This document shows, piece by piece, positions 38,026 to 53,759 of a stretch of 64,000 bases of DNA (positions are counted from its first letter, which is position 1; the number at the start of each line of letters is the position of its first letter). The notes beneath the pieces were generated by a model. It was not told the DNA's origin. It did no database searches and saw nothing but the letters and a program-made list of their open reading frames with translations. Source of the DNA: the human T2T-CHM13v2.0 reference genome, Homo sapiens. A program made the translations under genes and the position numbers. Location: assembly GCF_009914755.1 (NCBI RefSeq), contig NC_060927.1, one strand, 5' to 3'.

Positions 38026-40282
38026 TTTAAATGGTACTTTTCCTTATTATAAAAATAACACTTTTCTTAAAAAATACTATTATATGTCTATTATATAAGT
38101 AATTGGAAAGGAGTAAAATCCATAAAGTAAATAAAAATTATCACCAGAAAGCTCATCACTCAGAAAAAAAAAATTGCTAATATTTTGGCACATTTCCTTT
38201 CAGTCTTTTCTGTCTGCAGTCATGAAAGATTTTTTAAGCAGGAATGTGACCTCATCAGGGCTATGCTTTAGGAGGCTGGGTTATGAGATGTCCGAAGCAC
38301 AAAGTGGCTTCCTCACACACATTCTCTACTTCTTCTGCTTATGTTTTTGCTGCAGATCCACAAATAGGTCCCAAGGGGCAAGCAGAACCTGAGGGGAAAG
38401 CCCAAGGCTGAAGCCTAGGGAGAAGCATTCCTAATATTCAGTGAAACAGACAAGAAGCCCTTGATGGAGGTGAAGAGACCAATCTGCAGAGCAGCAACAG
38501 GTTATCAGGAAGGGGAGTCTTGTCTTGAGAAGGGAGGTTGTTTCACAGGACCGCAGAGAGCTTTTCTAGAGATCATCTTCACCATGATTCCCAGTGGGGA
38601 GATTCCTAAAAATAGGCAATTACCACATCTTGTATGTGATAATTATATTACGATAAAACAGCTCATAGTATGACAGCTACTGCCTGTGAGTAAGAAATCG
38701 TGTTGCCTCTGAGATCACAGCTTCAAGAAGGGGTTGACCTGTGTCAAAATCCCCTGACAGGCTTTATTCGTCAAGTCAGTTCTCACAGCACTCAGCCTTG
38801 CCCCCAGCTCTGAGACAATGGGGCTCTGTGTAGGAGCAGAGGCCAAAATCTGGAAGGACACTGGCACGCCTCTTCTACCCCCACGAGGTGTTTATTATTT
38901 TGCTTGCAAACAGGCTGGGTCCAGTGTTTTACTTTCTTCCCCCTTCTTCCCTTTGCTAATTTTATCTCAATTTCAAATTAGTATTTTTCAAGAGATAATT
39001 TACTTAATTCCCAGCCCCTCCTACCCGTTTATGACTTAGGAATGAATGTAAGCACAAAACATCTTGTGATGGCCTCAAAATAGAAAGCAAGTTTAAAGTT
39101 TTATTTTTCTGTCCCAAAGCTGCCAAAGCTCTGGCGTGTTTTAACTTCTGCTCTACACACTGTTTCCCCCTCCGTCCCTCCCATCCAGCTATATTTAGTA
39201 AAGCCCAAATAAAAGGGATACATACAAAGCAAAATTAAATATAGTTTCTTTCAATCAGTAAACCTGAGTTAAAGCTCATACAAACATTCATATACTAAGA
39301 AGTACTCTCCTCCTCCAAAGACAGCTCACAGCCTCACCTGTCTCACACCAAGTAGCAGGTGCGCCTAGAAAGGCAAACACACCACCTCCCCTCCTTAATC
39401 TCAGACCACTCCTTCCCCCCTTGATCCCACACTGCCCTCCTTCAGTGCCACCCCCACCTCTATGCTCTCCATTTCTAGATGCCAGTGTACCTACATCACA
39501 CTCTACACTCCACCTGCACCTAGAGGGAAAAGAGGAGAATTGAGAAAGGTCCATCTATTAATACATGAAAGGCACGCAGAAGTGCTCGAGGACCAAGGGA
39601 GTGTAGACCAGGCTGCTCCAAAGCACACCACTGCAGCAGCTTCACCCCACATCTTCATCTCCAGTGACTGATGTCAAACTTATCTTTGACTTTCATTGGC
39701 TGAAAGAAATTCTATGGGACTTGGGTGCAAGGAAGACACTCTGATTCTGGTTTTCTAATAGGGATGAAGATATTATAATGGTAACAAGATTTTGGGGGGA
39801 AAATTCTTGTCCACAAGGCAGCAAAGCTGTAAAGCTAAATACGGAACATGCCAAAGAAGGGAATGAGGCAGGTTTACGGAGGAGAGTTTGTGGGCATGGG
39901 TATGGGAATGTCTCCAAATGCAACTTTTCCCATAAAAGAAGTATCTGACTGCCCCATCCCTTTTCCAAAACCAAAGGCACACATGAAGATGGGAGAAAAT
40001 GTGGAGGTTCTAAGAACCCGATGGCTGGGTAGCAAACTCATCCTTCTCGGGATGCTTTCACCTAAATAAAGCCCAAGGTGCTATACACGGCCACTAAGCA
40101 TATTTAATTCTACTATCAAAGAGGAAGCTACTACCAGGTCCAGTGAATAGCAATAAAACTATTTAGACAATATCATCAAAGCCCCAAATTTATTTGCCAC
40201 TACATTAAGGCAAAACAATTTAAAATATTTTAAATTTAAATTTAAATACATTTTAAAATATTTTAAGTATAATGATCTAGAA

Positions 40283-40607
40283 CGTGGACCAACAAACTAC
40301 GGTTGATAGGTCAAATCCAGCCAGCCACCTGTTTTTGTATAGTCTACAAGCTAAGAATGTTTTTCCCTTTTTTTAAATGGTTGGAAAAAAAATAAAAAGA
40401 ATATTCCATGACATGTGAAAATTATACAAAATTCAAATCTCAGTGTCCATAAATAAAGTTTTATTGGAACACAGCCATGCTCATCCATTTACATATTGTC
40501 TATGGCTGCTCTTGCAGAGTTGAATAGGTACTAAAGGGATAGTATCATCTAACAAGCCAAAAATATTTACTAGCTAGTGCTTTACAGAAAAAGTTTGCCA
40601 ACCCCTG
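40283..40607. mobile_element. MER58B-like (hAT-Charlie)
   Basis: AATAAAGTTTTATTGGAACACAGCCATG..CAGAAAAAGTTTGCCAACCCCTG; TSD (A/G)TCTAGA(A/G). Confidence 0.85.
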
Positions 40608-41339
40608 GTCTAGAGACAAACCTGGGTTGTGAAAAATACTTTTTACTGATTTCATTTAATACTTTATAGTTTTCCCTGGTATATTCACACCTATTACTTT
40701 CATTTTATCTTCACTCCAAGTCAGTGAGTTATATCCTGTTTAGAGATGAGATCGCAAGTTTGAAAGTGGACTTGCCCAAGGTCATGCAGCAGTTAAGAGG
40801 CAAGGCCAGGGCTACACCCCAGTTTTCTGACCTATATCCCAAGGTGTTCACAACACACAGCTGTCTTCTTGGATGCCTGCTAATTGTAGCTGCCGTCTTT
40901 TAGACATTCTCTCCACATTTGATAGTTCACCTTAGTGTAAAGTCCCTCCTTCCTAAAATAGGACTGAAAACAAACTGCCCAGCCCCACTTCCTGCTAGGA
41001 TAGAGACACACAACTGTGGACCCAGTGGCTTCCCAATCTGGCAGAGGCAGTTGTGGGAGAAGCTTCTCGATGGTGGCATAGGCAACAGCTCTCTTGGCAG
41101 ACCAGTTCTGCAGACTATCAAGAAGCTCCACCTGCAGCCTGTTTCTTCAGCCTGTCCGACAATTCTGTGATCTATCTATATACCTCAATGCATTCTTTTG
41201 TGCTTAATCTAGCTACTCTGTGGATTCTGTTCTCCACAACGATGACCAGAGACCAACACAAGTTCAGAAGAAATCCTTATAATACTACAGTGTTTCCTAA
41301 AACCTTCCAGAACAACTTCCCACCATCATTACTATCTTC

Positions 41340-41580
41340 TAAAATCCAATCCCATTTCCATAAGATGTTAAAGGATTCTGTAGTTATGTAAATAAATTAT
41401 AAAACATCAAGTTAAACAGATTTCTTTACTACAGGACTTCTCAGAGCCTTAAAATGCATGTGTGCTTCACAAATCTCCAAGAAAGGGACAAGTATACAAC
41501 ATTTGAAAAATGTATTTGACCACTGAACCATTTTTTAATATGTCTTACCAGTACAGTAATATATTTGGGGAAATATTGAT
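41340..41580. mobile_element. MER103-like hAT fossil
   Basis: GTTAAACAGATTTCTTTACTACAGGACTTCTCAGAGCCTT..ATTTGACCAC; name from recall. Confidence 0.5.
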
Positions 41581-41775
41581 CAACATACCTTCTACTTGGA
41601 AAAAAAAGTTTATAATTATAAAATATTTTAAAATAAGGCTGCTGAAATGAGGAATACAATTCTGGAATATGTTGGGTGAAATTATGGAATGTATTAGGGT
41701 TGAAAATGATTTCATGTACTGTTCAGGGGATATATTTTAGTGCAGCCATTTTGGAAAGCATTGGCAATGATTATT

Positions 41776-41855
41776 TTAGGTTAATGCAAAAGTAATTGCA
41801 GTTTTTGCCACTGAAAGTAATGGCAAAAACAGCAATTACTTTCACACCAACCTAA
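41776..41855 (-). mobile_element. MADE1 (80-bp Hsmar1-derived MITE)
   Basis: TTAGGTTAATGCAAAAGTAATTGCAGTTTTTGCCA...TGGCAAAAACAGCAATTACTTTCACACCAACCTAA, a near-perfect palindrome. Confidence 0.95.
41786..41843 (-). ncRNA. MIR548AQ: mir-548 family pre-miRNA hairpin, probably hsa-mir-548aq
   Basis: Minus strand gives 5' arm GAAAGUAAUUGCUGUUUUUGCC and 3' arm CAAAAACUGCAAUUACUUUUGC in a 58-nt hairpin. Both match my recall of miR-548aq-5p/-3p; needs a miRBase check. Confidence 0.78.
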
Positions 41856-42602
41856 ATAGCAAGTGTCTTAATCCTTATATTACTCTTTAATCCAATTATA
41901 CTTCTAGGAATATTTCCTTAAAAAAATCTGAAATGTGGACAATTACCAGATCCTCAGCCCTTATATACACTTTTGTGACTTTATGCAAAAGAAAAAAATG
42001 TTCTCACTTGAGAAAAACACAGAAGGGTACTGCTTTGTCTTTCTATTCAGGTCATAACTTCCTTATGATTGAGGGAAAAGAGACAAAGGGGCTGTTATTT
42101 TCTTAGTGGCATCATGACACTATATAAACATTTATTTAGCTCTTTACCTCCTACAGAAAAAGGAAAAAGGAAAGTTGAGAACTTTCCCAAGAGTATCTCT
42201 ATTGTTAATTAAAACATCCTCAGCCAGATGCATGGCATCCCTGTAAGTGAAACAGTGAAGAACCTGGGCGACATGAGTATGTAGTTAGAGGTGTCACGAT
42301 GCTGAGCTAACCCGAGGGCTGATGATGAACTACAAACCTTCAGGATAGATTTTTTTCTGTGGGATTCAGTTTAACTTGGTAAAGAATATGATAATGATAA
42401 AGAACTGCATGTTAACCCTTTTAAGTCAATCTAAGTATTTTTAAAAGGTCCTTTAATACTACTTAAATATTTAAATTATATTTTGAATATGTATATACTT
42501 AATACATATAAAAATGATATAAATTTTCTGTCTAATTCTGTGGAGGACTGAAGGAAGCTTCAAATTCAGCAATTTGTAGATTCAGATCATGTGACTAGGA
42601 CA

Positions 42603-42622
42603 GCACTGCCCTCTAGTGGTGG
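42603..42622 (-). promoter_or_regulatory. CTCF binding motif
   Basis: Minus strand CCACCACTAGAGGGCAGTGC matches the core CCASYAGRKGGCRS, in non-repeat sequence. Confidence 0.75.
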
Positions 42623-42686
42623 AGTATCATGCTTTCACTTTGAAGCTTCTGATAGATCAATAAGCACCTTTAAAAGGTTGAATCTA

Positions 42687-43309
<623 letters not shown>

Positions 43310-43493
43310 AAAAGGTGAATCTATTGTTTAAAACGGAAGTTATAAAGAGACAGCAAACACTCAGAAGAACCTGTAACTCTTAAATAGTGAATGCCATAAC
43401 CAAGTAAAGGTATTCAGCTCAAAGGCCACTCTTCAATTTGCTCTCAAGTGCATTTTACAGACAGAGAAATCATGGTCTCCAAAGATTAGAAAT

Positions 43494-43794
43494 GGCCTGG
43501 CACGGTGGCTCACGCTTGTAATCCCAACACTTTTGGAGGTTTGAGGCAGAAGGATAGCTTGAGCCCAGGAGTTCAAGACCATCCTGGGCAACATACCAAG
43601 ATCCTATTTCTACAAAAAATTTTAATTAATGGTGATGCACACCTGTGGTCCCAGCTACTCAGGAGGCTGAGGTGGAAGGATCGATTGAGCCCAGGAGGTC
43701 AATGCTGCAGTGAACTGTGGTCACTGCCACTGCACTCCCGCCTGGATGATAGAATGAGACCCTGTCTCCAAAAAAAAAAAAAAAAAAAAAGAAA
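43494..43794 (+). mobile_element. AluJ
   Basis: Dimer with TTGAGCCCAGGAG in both arms, poly-A. Confidence 0.93.
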
Positions 43795-44696
43795 CAATTT
43801 CATCTCAGTCACAAAACCACATGAACCAAGAGGTCTGTGTTTCTGTCATGCTTACTATCTATTAGGCAAAATCCACAAACCATCTTTTCACATTTTATCT
43901 CTAAAGAAGTGCCAACTGCCTATAGCAGCAGCCACTGTATCCCTCTTCCCAAAGTTCGGCCCCTGGGGACCAGAGGCCCACACAAACCCAATAAGATCTG
44001 GGAACCCCTGGAAGGGAAACGAATCCTGAGCCTTCTCTCTATGTCCTCAAGGAAGCAGAACTGGGGGATGGTCTCTCTCTTAGGCTCCTATGTCAACAGA
44101 ATCTACGTCTCATAAGAAGGGATGTGGTGGCGGGCGTGTAATTTACATCAGAAAAATGAAGTCTCTACCCTTGCTCTGTCATAGCACACCACATAGTTAG
44201 GACTCAGGACTGGTCGAGCAGGACCGGCCAACCCGAGGGAGCATATCTGGTGATTTACGGGAAACTCCAGTTCTCTCAAGGAAAATGGGATGTGATAGGA
44301 AAAGCAAAACCAACGAACAGAGATTCACCATGTCAGAGTGAGAAAGAGTAGTGGGTTATATTTAAAAAGGATTTTATACATTGGAAAGTATTTTCACAAG
44401 CATCTTATTTGCTCCTTTGGTTATGACCCCATAGGCCTTTATTCCAAGGCAACAGATTTTAAAAAGACTGAGAAGTTAAATGGCTTGCCTGTGTAATCTG
44501 GAAAATTGGTAACAGACTCAAGACTCACCCAGAGTCTGTTATGTTTCCCATAGCACCTGTGACACCCAAGGTGGAGGTGCCTTAATTACCAGCACATACA
44601 AATTATGAGAGGAGGAGCCCCTCTAGGCAGTCACAGTCAGAGCAGCACAAAGAGACTGTAATAGATGATCTTGTGGAAAGGTTTCTGTTCTATTTG

Positions 44697-45024
<328 letters not shown>

Positions 45025-45094
45025 TAAAAAATAAACAAGCCTAAGACTAGAAGAGGGACAAGGAGGCCTACAAAACTTGAAAAGAGCCTAAATG

Positions 45095-45397
<303 letters not shown>

Positions 45398-46049
45398 CTA
45401 AATATAATCACTGTTTTAACTGTTTTACAATTAAAATATGTTTATGAGACTCTGCTAAAACATGTAGGTAATGAGAAATCCATTTTAGAAAGACTGATAT
45501 CCAAAACTCCTAAAACATTTGCTTAAGGAGGTAAACTTTCCACTTTCCAAAAACTTTCTAGATAACCAAGGCTCTGGCTGCCGTCGCTTCTCAACAATTT
45601 CAATAAATTAGTGAATCTCTTTCTCTTCTTCCTATGGTCTCATTTTTCCTTACAGTTTGAATAAGTAGTCTTGTCCTCTGAGTTTTTTTTAATGGTACAT
45701 TTCAAATACTATGAGCTTACTTGCATTGCAACACTTAGTCTTGGTAATGAAAGAAAACAATGGAACTGGAAAGGTCTGGGGTCTATAACAGACCCATTTT
45801 TGAGGCTATGCAGCTCACACGGCCTCTTTGTCACAGAGGTGGGCTTCTGGAGGCGGTGTTTATATCCTGGAACCCTGTCACTGTGGCCATATCTGGTTAG
45901 GTCAGAAGTAGGCATCTCTGCCCCAAACAGAGCCAGTCAGAAACTCCTTCACAGCAACTCCTTTTGCTTAAGCTAGCTTGATTCTGTTTCTATTACTCAG
46001 AACCAAAAGGCTCTAGATAATACATTTTATGTATTTATTTGGTTTCTTT

Positions 46050-46197
46050 TCTGCTTGTCCACACTAAATTGTTTGCTCTACAAGGGCAAGGATTTCTGTC
46101 TGTTTTGTTCACTGTTCTAGCTCAAGTGCCTAGAATAATGCCTGGCCGATACTACAAAAATGTTTAGATACTCAAAAATGTTTGCTGAATAATGAAT
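46050..46197 (+). mobile_element. L2 3' terminus
   Basis: AGGGCAAGGATTTCTGTCTGTTTTGTTCACTG..GTGCCTAGAATAATGCCTGGC..TGCTGAATAATGAAT. Confidence 0.8.
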
Positions 46198-46408
46198 ACT
46201 GTGAGCCTTCCTTAAAGAGTTTTCCCTACTGTAAGTTTTATTCAGTGGGCTGTTCTATTTGCTGAAGAGAAAACGCTAGGCTCTGTAGAGCTTGGTCTTT
46301 ACCAACCTTCCACACGATATCTAAATATTTTCAAATTTATCTTTTCCCAAATATCTACTCCTCATGCTTCTGTATCTGAAAGATTCTCAGCTCTCCTTCA
46401 CAAGTTAG

Positions 46409-46840
<432 letters not shown>

Positions 46841-48250
46841 TAAATGTCTGCTCTCAATAATGTCATAGCCTGGGCCATCTATGAATGAATGGGCAGAAGA
46901 CTTCATCCCTGCTTCCCAAGCTCCAGGATTTAAATGGTGTCTGCAAGGGAATATAGAGGTGCTCCAGGAGGCCTGATAACTAACCCCATCAGGGTACCAA
47001 TTAGGTTCCCAAGAGCAGCAAAGCACGTGACTGCTACCCAGGAGGCTAAATAGCACAATACCATTCCAAATCTCTTCACTAAGGACCAGGTAAGCAGACA
47101 AACCAAAAAGATAGCTGGCCACATTTTTATACCTCCTAGGTGCTATTCTAACTCCTATTACTGAGCCATTTACCTGCTCTGTGTGTTGATTAGTAAAACA
47201 GATAATTCCTACTTGTCTATATTGTTAAGGAGGAATAATCACTATTATAACACTATAGACTATAGAACTTGAGCTTTTGGCTAAGACAGAATGATCTATT
47301 AGACCTTCAAATAATTTAACAGGCGGAAGTACTAAATAAATATAAATTGTTCCCATACAAAGTTTGAGTGCAGATTACACATTCAAATGGAAATATACAT
47401 GAATAGATAATTTTTAGAAGTAGGAAATTTTCCCCAGATATATGGTTTTAAAATTCAGTGTTTATGCTTAAAACTACTTAGTTAAAAACAGAACAAAATA
47501 GACTTTAGGTAAGTTTAAATTTCCTACATAAAAACTAAGTTAGGAAGGCCAAGGAGGGGTTTATTTATAAGGTCAAAAGAAACATGATCAGTTGCTCATA
47601 GAAAAATGAGCAACTGGCCTTATCCCTACAGTACTTTACAATTCCTTTGATCAACTCATCTTCTCATGCCACTTTCTTTTTCTTGCTGAAATTTCTCAGT
47701 GTAACTTCTTAGGCTTAAATTCTCACAATTTTCTTTTCATTAGCTCAATTTTACTTGCAGTCTGAATACTCGTTTAAAAACAAGTGCTCTAAAAGCCCTT
47801 GTGCCACATTTTTAACGTGCTGAGCACACTCATGCAAGTGATCTAACAAAGACAAATACTTTCTCAGCTCCTTCGCGGAGATCTTCTCACTTCTGGCCCT
47901 CCCTTCCTGGAAGTCCTGACTTCACTGACTGAGAGGAGAAACAAATCTCTTTTGATCTCTGGCTGGAGTGAGAGCTGCCTGCTGTTCTCTACCTCTCCTT
48001 AACACAGTGCTGAACACAATTTTCTGGAGGAGTGCCAGAATGTGTGCCTTTCTGGAAGGGCAAATAATTATGGCCTCATCCTTACTCCAGTTCATACAAT
48101 TGAGGCGGGTATGGACAGTCTAGAGCACAAGCAAGCAGGAGGGAGACGGTTACACAGGGCTTGCATGGTTTCAATGACTTTCACCAGGTTTCAGATGTCT
48201 GCTTGTTTTCCTCTACTACTGCTAAATCACGGACTAAGAAAGTAAAAACA

Positions 48251-48645
<395 letters not shown>

Positions 48646-48660
48646 TTAAGAGGCGGCTGG

Positions 48661-49032
<372 letters not shown>

Positions 49033-49740
49033 TTACTTAAGCTCTATGGTCTCAGTTTCTTTATTTGTAAAAGAATAATAACAGCACTGACCTCATAGGA
49101 CTGTTCAGAAGTTATATGAGAAAAACATGCAAAGCATTTACAACAATACCTGCCTTGTGAGAGCTCAGTAAATGATGGCAGTAATAACTGTTGATGTGTG
49201 ATTAATACCCATATTACTGGTGTTGTTTTGTAAAGGAGTTGTTCCAAGAATTGCAGTGCCTTCATTCAGCAAACATTTCAATGAACACTTATGATATCTT
49301 ATATGTGGCTAAACTCTGGAGACAGAGACTCAGAAGCCGCAATCTGGACCCTCCAAACAGCATCCAATCAAGTGGAAGATGATCATTTAAACAACACATC
49401 ACACAATGGTAAGAGCTAGAACAGAGATGTACATAGGATCTTGACAAGCCAAAGAAGCAGCCTGAGAGTTCCAAGGAAGGAGAATGATCCAGAGCAAGGA
49501 GAAAGGTGAACTGGAGTGCACCAACAGAATAGGAGAGGGAACATCATTCTGAGCAAGGTTGGGGAATGGCAAAACATAAGACTAATAAGCTTAGCAAAAG
49601 CAATGTATGAAAGGTCTAAGATATTTGAACTTTAGCTTGAAGAGAAATGGAGATCACTGACTGTAGGACAAAGGATGGGCTGGGTTAGGGAAATAAAAGA
49701 AGATGGCTGAGTGAAGATTACTGCAATAATAAAAACGCCA

Positions 49741-50208
49741 GTCCAAGCACTAATAAAATGTAAAGGTATAATTTAAGAACTAGCAATTCCACTTCTCAAT
49801 CCCTACCCTAGAGAAATACTTATATATAAGCGTGAATAATAGGATATTACAAAAATGTTTATTGCAGCATGTTTGGAATTGGAAACAGCCTAGCAATAGG
49901 CAAATGGCAAGGTGGCTCAAGCCTGCAATCCCAGCACTTTGGGTGGCCAAGGCGGGATAATCACTTGAGCCCAGGAGTTTGAGACGAACCTGGACAACAC
50001 AGTGAGGTCACGTCTTTATAAAAAACTTAACAAATTAGCTGGGTGTGGTAGTGCACACCTGTAGTCCCAGCTACCTGGGCAGCTGAGGTGGGAAGATCAC
50101 TTGAGCCCAGGAATTCAAGGCTGTAGTAAGCTACGATCATGCCACTGTACTCCAGCCTGTGTGAAAGAAGTGAGACTCTGCCTCTAAAAAAATAATAAAT
50201 AAAAATAA
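49741..50208 (+). mobile_element. AluJ whose head is split by a 160-bp insertion
   Basis: GTCCAAGCAC (49741-49750) + insert + GGTGGCTCAAGCC (49911 on); TSD AATAAAAAC(G/C)CCA. Confidence 0.88.
49752..49910 (+). repeat. Dispersed direct duplicate of 53789-53949
   Basis: Manual alignment: 8 substitutions and one 2-bp indel over ~160 bp. Confidence 0.95.
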
Positions 50209-51210
50209 AATAAAAACCCCAAGGTAGGCAAGGATAGATTAAAAACTCCAAAGAGCCTTATAGGTAGTATGGAGTAGAGAGAACAGATCCACAACATGTT
50301 TATAATTTAAAGTGACAGGTCTTAGTTGTGGATTGGATGTGAAGGATCAGAAAATGGAAAAAGTAAAAAGTGAGGACCGGGTTACTGACTGGAGAAATGA
50401 AGTTGATGGTGGTGCAACTGAGATCCAGGCAGAGAGGATCTGGGGGAAAGGATGCTGAGCCTCGTTTTGAACGTGTTGAGTTGAGGGACTTAGGGACATT
50501 CAGATGGAGCTATCCAATAGGAAGGAAGTCAGAAATACAGATCTGCATTTGTGAATCCAGGGTGAGGGCGGAGATAGAGAAGACTCCAGAATGCAGCCAA
50601 AGCCACAGCAGGGGTGTCATGGGAGTTGAAGGTAACGAAGATGGACCACCCCAGGAGATAAGAGTGCAAGGGAGAAAAAAAGAGCAGATGCCACAGCAAC
50701 CAACATTTTCTCAGAACTACACTATTTTCATCTTCATCGGTCTTGTCAACAACAACTTTCTCAAACATTCCAATGTTCTTTATTTATATACCATCTGTTT
50801 CACAAATATTTGAGGCAGCTTATGGTAAAGACATACAATAAAACAGTGCAATATAAATGAAATGAATACATCAGGGTAAGAAAATAGGAAATTAGATTAG
50901 GAGGTCAAGACAGAAGCAGACTCAGAAAGAAAGTAGGGTTAAAATACAATTATTCAGTTCAAAAGGGTACTAAAGAGTTGCTACATTAGAGCTATGAGTT
51001 TGGCTCTGAGCTTCCTAGTGGCCAAAGTGAAAAGAGAGATAGTTGCCTCCAAAAGAAGAAACTACAGGAAGTCCTCACTTAATGTTGTCAATAGCTTCTT
51101 GGAAACTGCAACTTTAAGCAAAATGATGTGTAACAAAACCAATTTTACCATAGGCTAGTTAATATAAAGAAGAGTTAAGTTTTTAAGGTATATTTCTGGT
51201 CACAAAACCA

Positions 51211-51449
51211 CCAGCCTGGGCAACATGGCAAAACCTTGTCTCTAAAAAAATAAAAGATTAGCCAAAACCAAAACCAAAACAAAACAAAAAAAATTAGCTA
51301 AGCATGGTGGCTCATGCCTGTAGTCCCAGCTATTCAGGAGGATGGCTTGGGCCCAGGAAGTCGAAGCTGCAGTGAGCCAAGATCGCACCACTAGCCTCTA
51401 GCCTGGGTGACAGAGCAAGACCCTGTCTCAAAAAAACAACAACAATAAC
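51211..51449 (+). mobile_element. 5'-truncated AluJ in MER6
   Basis: TSD CAAAA(C/T)CACCA. Confidence 0.88.
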
Positions 51450-51698
51450 AAAATCACCAAACTTCTAAAAAAAAAACCCCAAAACACTTTCAATTTTAAA
51501 CATTTAAATAAATGAGCTATGCACACATCTAAGAAATATTCATAAAAACAAGTAAGATCATTATTTACCCAATTTTCAGTGAATCAGTGAGTGATGTCAG
51601 TCATAATGGTGGTGGGTTAAATCAAGGAATAAATGTTTGCAAAGCTAAAATTGTAAGGAGCATCTCCTATCACCACACAGTTCAAAAACCATCACAAG

Positions 51699-51969
<271 letters not shown>

Positions 51970-53506
51970 TCACAAATGTGGAGGCTCGCTGAGCATTGTT
52001 GTGCTGTATCACTTACTGTCATGCATTTGTACTACCATCTACTTTCATTTTACAGTAATTTATATTCATTCATTCATTCATTTTCCAACCTGCTTATTCC
52101 AATACAAAGTTGAGAGTAGCTGGAGCACGTCTTGGCAGCTCAGGGCACAAGGCCAGAAGCAACCCTGGACAGGACACCATTCCATCTCACGGCACTCACA
52201 CACACCCCCACACTCACTCAGACAGGGACAACTTAGACACGCCAATTAACCTAATGTGTGCAACTTTAGAATATGGGAGGAAACTGGAGTACTCAGAGAA
52301 AAGCCACACAGACAGGGAGAATGTGCAAATTCTACACAGCGGCCTAGCCAGGAGTCAACTTTTTTCTCATCAACATTATAATAAAGCAACATAAAACTGA
52401 ATGACATTATTTGGGACCTGCTGTATATTCCCTCTCAGGATTAACTGATTTGCCCAAGATCACCTAGTTAAAAGGCGAATAATGCCTTCCCCTCTACCAA
52501 GTTGCTTCAACATGCAAGTACTCTACAGCTAGTCACAGTCTCATTATCAGGATGGCACAGCAGGAAGGGAACTAGACTCGGAATCTGGACACCTGGTTCT
52601 ACAGGACTAGCTCTTCTGCTAACCATGAACCCAAGACAGGTCATTTACATTTTTGGTGTCTTGTTTTCTCAACTATAAAATAACTACTTTCACTGAACCA
52701 GAGTCAACCAATACATGCTATTTGTGCTACAATTCTCCAATCCAGCACACTCTGACCAACATTGCTAGTTAATCACAGAAATCTTTTCTGTTGAACCCAG
52801 ATGAGACCTCAAAACCTTACATAACAGTGTTCAGGTGATCACCAATAAGTCAACATGGGCACTCTGGCCTTAGAGGTTCCTTCTCTAAAGTGCCTCCAGA
52901 GCTAACACACTACCATGCAGTGATCATGGTGTATGCCGCTCTATGGCATCCTCTCTTGAAAAAGGAAGGCTGAGGGTGATTTGACTGAGCTGCTAAGGTA
53001 GGCAGATATGGAACAAAGCTTTTTTTTTTTTTGCAGTTATTTTTAAACTTCTAAAAATACTTTGATATGCTAAAATTAAAACTCATGAGTCAAAATACAC
53101 TACTGATTAAAATAAAACACTTCCAAATCATCTACCACAGGAAATCTAGGAAAGGCATGGCAGCATGTACCAAGCTGAAAATCTTTAGGAATAACTCAAA
53201 CTTTAAAGGGATCTTTCTTCTATTTTCAAAGTGTATTGTGAGCATTTCCACAGAATTCTCTGCACAAAAGTAGAGACATACAACAGATCTACAGCACCCT
53301 TCACCCAGTTTCAATCACCATCAACATTTTGCCATAAATGTTCACAGTATCTAACTTTAAAGGTCAAGATGACTGGGGGCTATGGTCCAAATTCTGGCAA
53401 AACATAGCTTCCTAGGAAACATGCTTGTGTCCATGAGTTAATATATGGGCACACACACCCATAAAATAACTTCCAGACAATGCTAAAAAATGAACTGGAG
53501 CAAGAT

Positions 53507-53660
53507 TCTTGCTATTCCAAGTGTGGTCCCTGATCACCAACTGGGAGCTTGTTAAAACTACAGACCCCCAGGCCTCATTCCAAACTTACTGAGTCACAAT
53601 TTACATTTTAACAAAATCCCCAGGTAATGAGTCTGCACGCTAAGGTTTACAAAAGCACTG
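53507..53660. mobile_element. MER5A1-like MITE
   Basis: AAGTGTGGTCC..CTGGGAGCTTGTTAAAA..TTTTAACAAAATCCCCAGGT..AAAGCACTG. Confidence 0.75.
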
Positions 53661-53759
53661 GTCTACTCTAGACCACCGTAACTGTCCTCTGAAAGCTTCT
53701 CCTAATTGCCATTCTGAAAAGCTGGGCAAGAAACCAAAGTATAAAATACAGTGTTCATT

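Larger units (their letters stand above)
49260..50650 (-). mobile_element. L2, interrupted by Alu
   Basis: CATTCAGCAAACATTTCAATGAACACTT..; TTTTGAACGTGTTGAGTTGAGG..CAGATGGAGCTATCC; ends approximate. Confidence 0.7.

Noticed and set aside
40217-40266. AT-only palindromes such as AATTTAAAATATTTTAAATT
   Set aside because: Low-complexity A/T sequence where palindromes are expected by chance.
40880-41260. Possible ancient ERVL/MaLR LTR fragment
   Set aside because: Too diverged to assign boundaries or family by eye.
42230-42345. Possible C/D snoRNA boxes (TGATGA, CTGA)
   Set aside because: Boxes are in the wrong order, there is no terminal stem, and they are on the strand opposite the presumed host.
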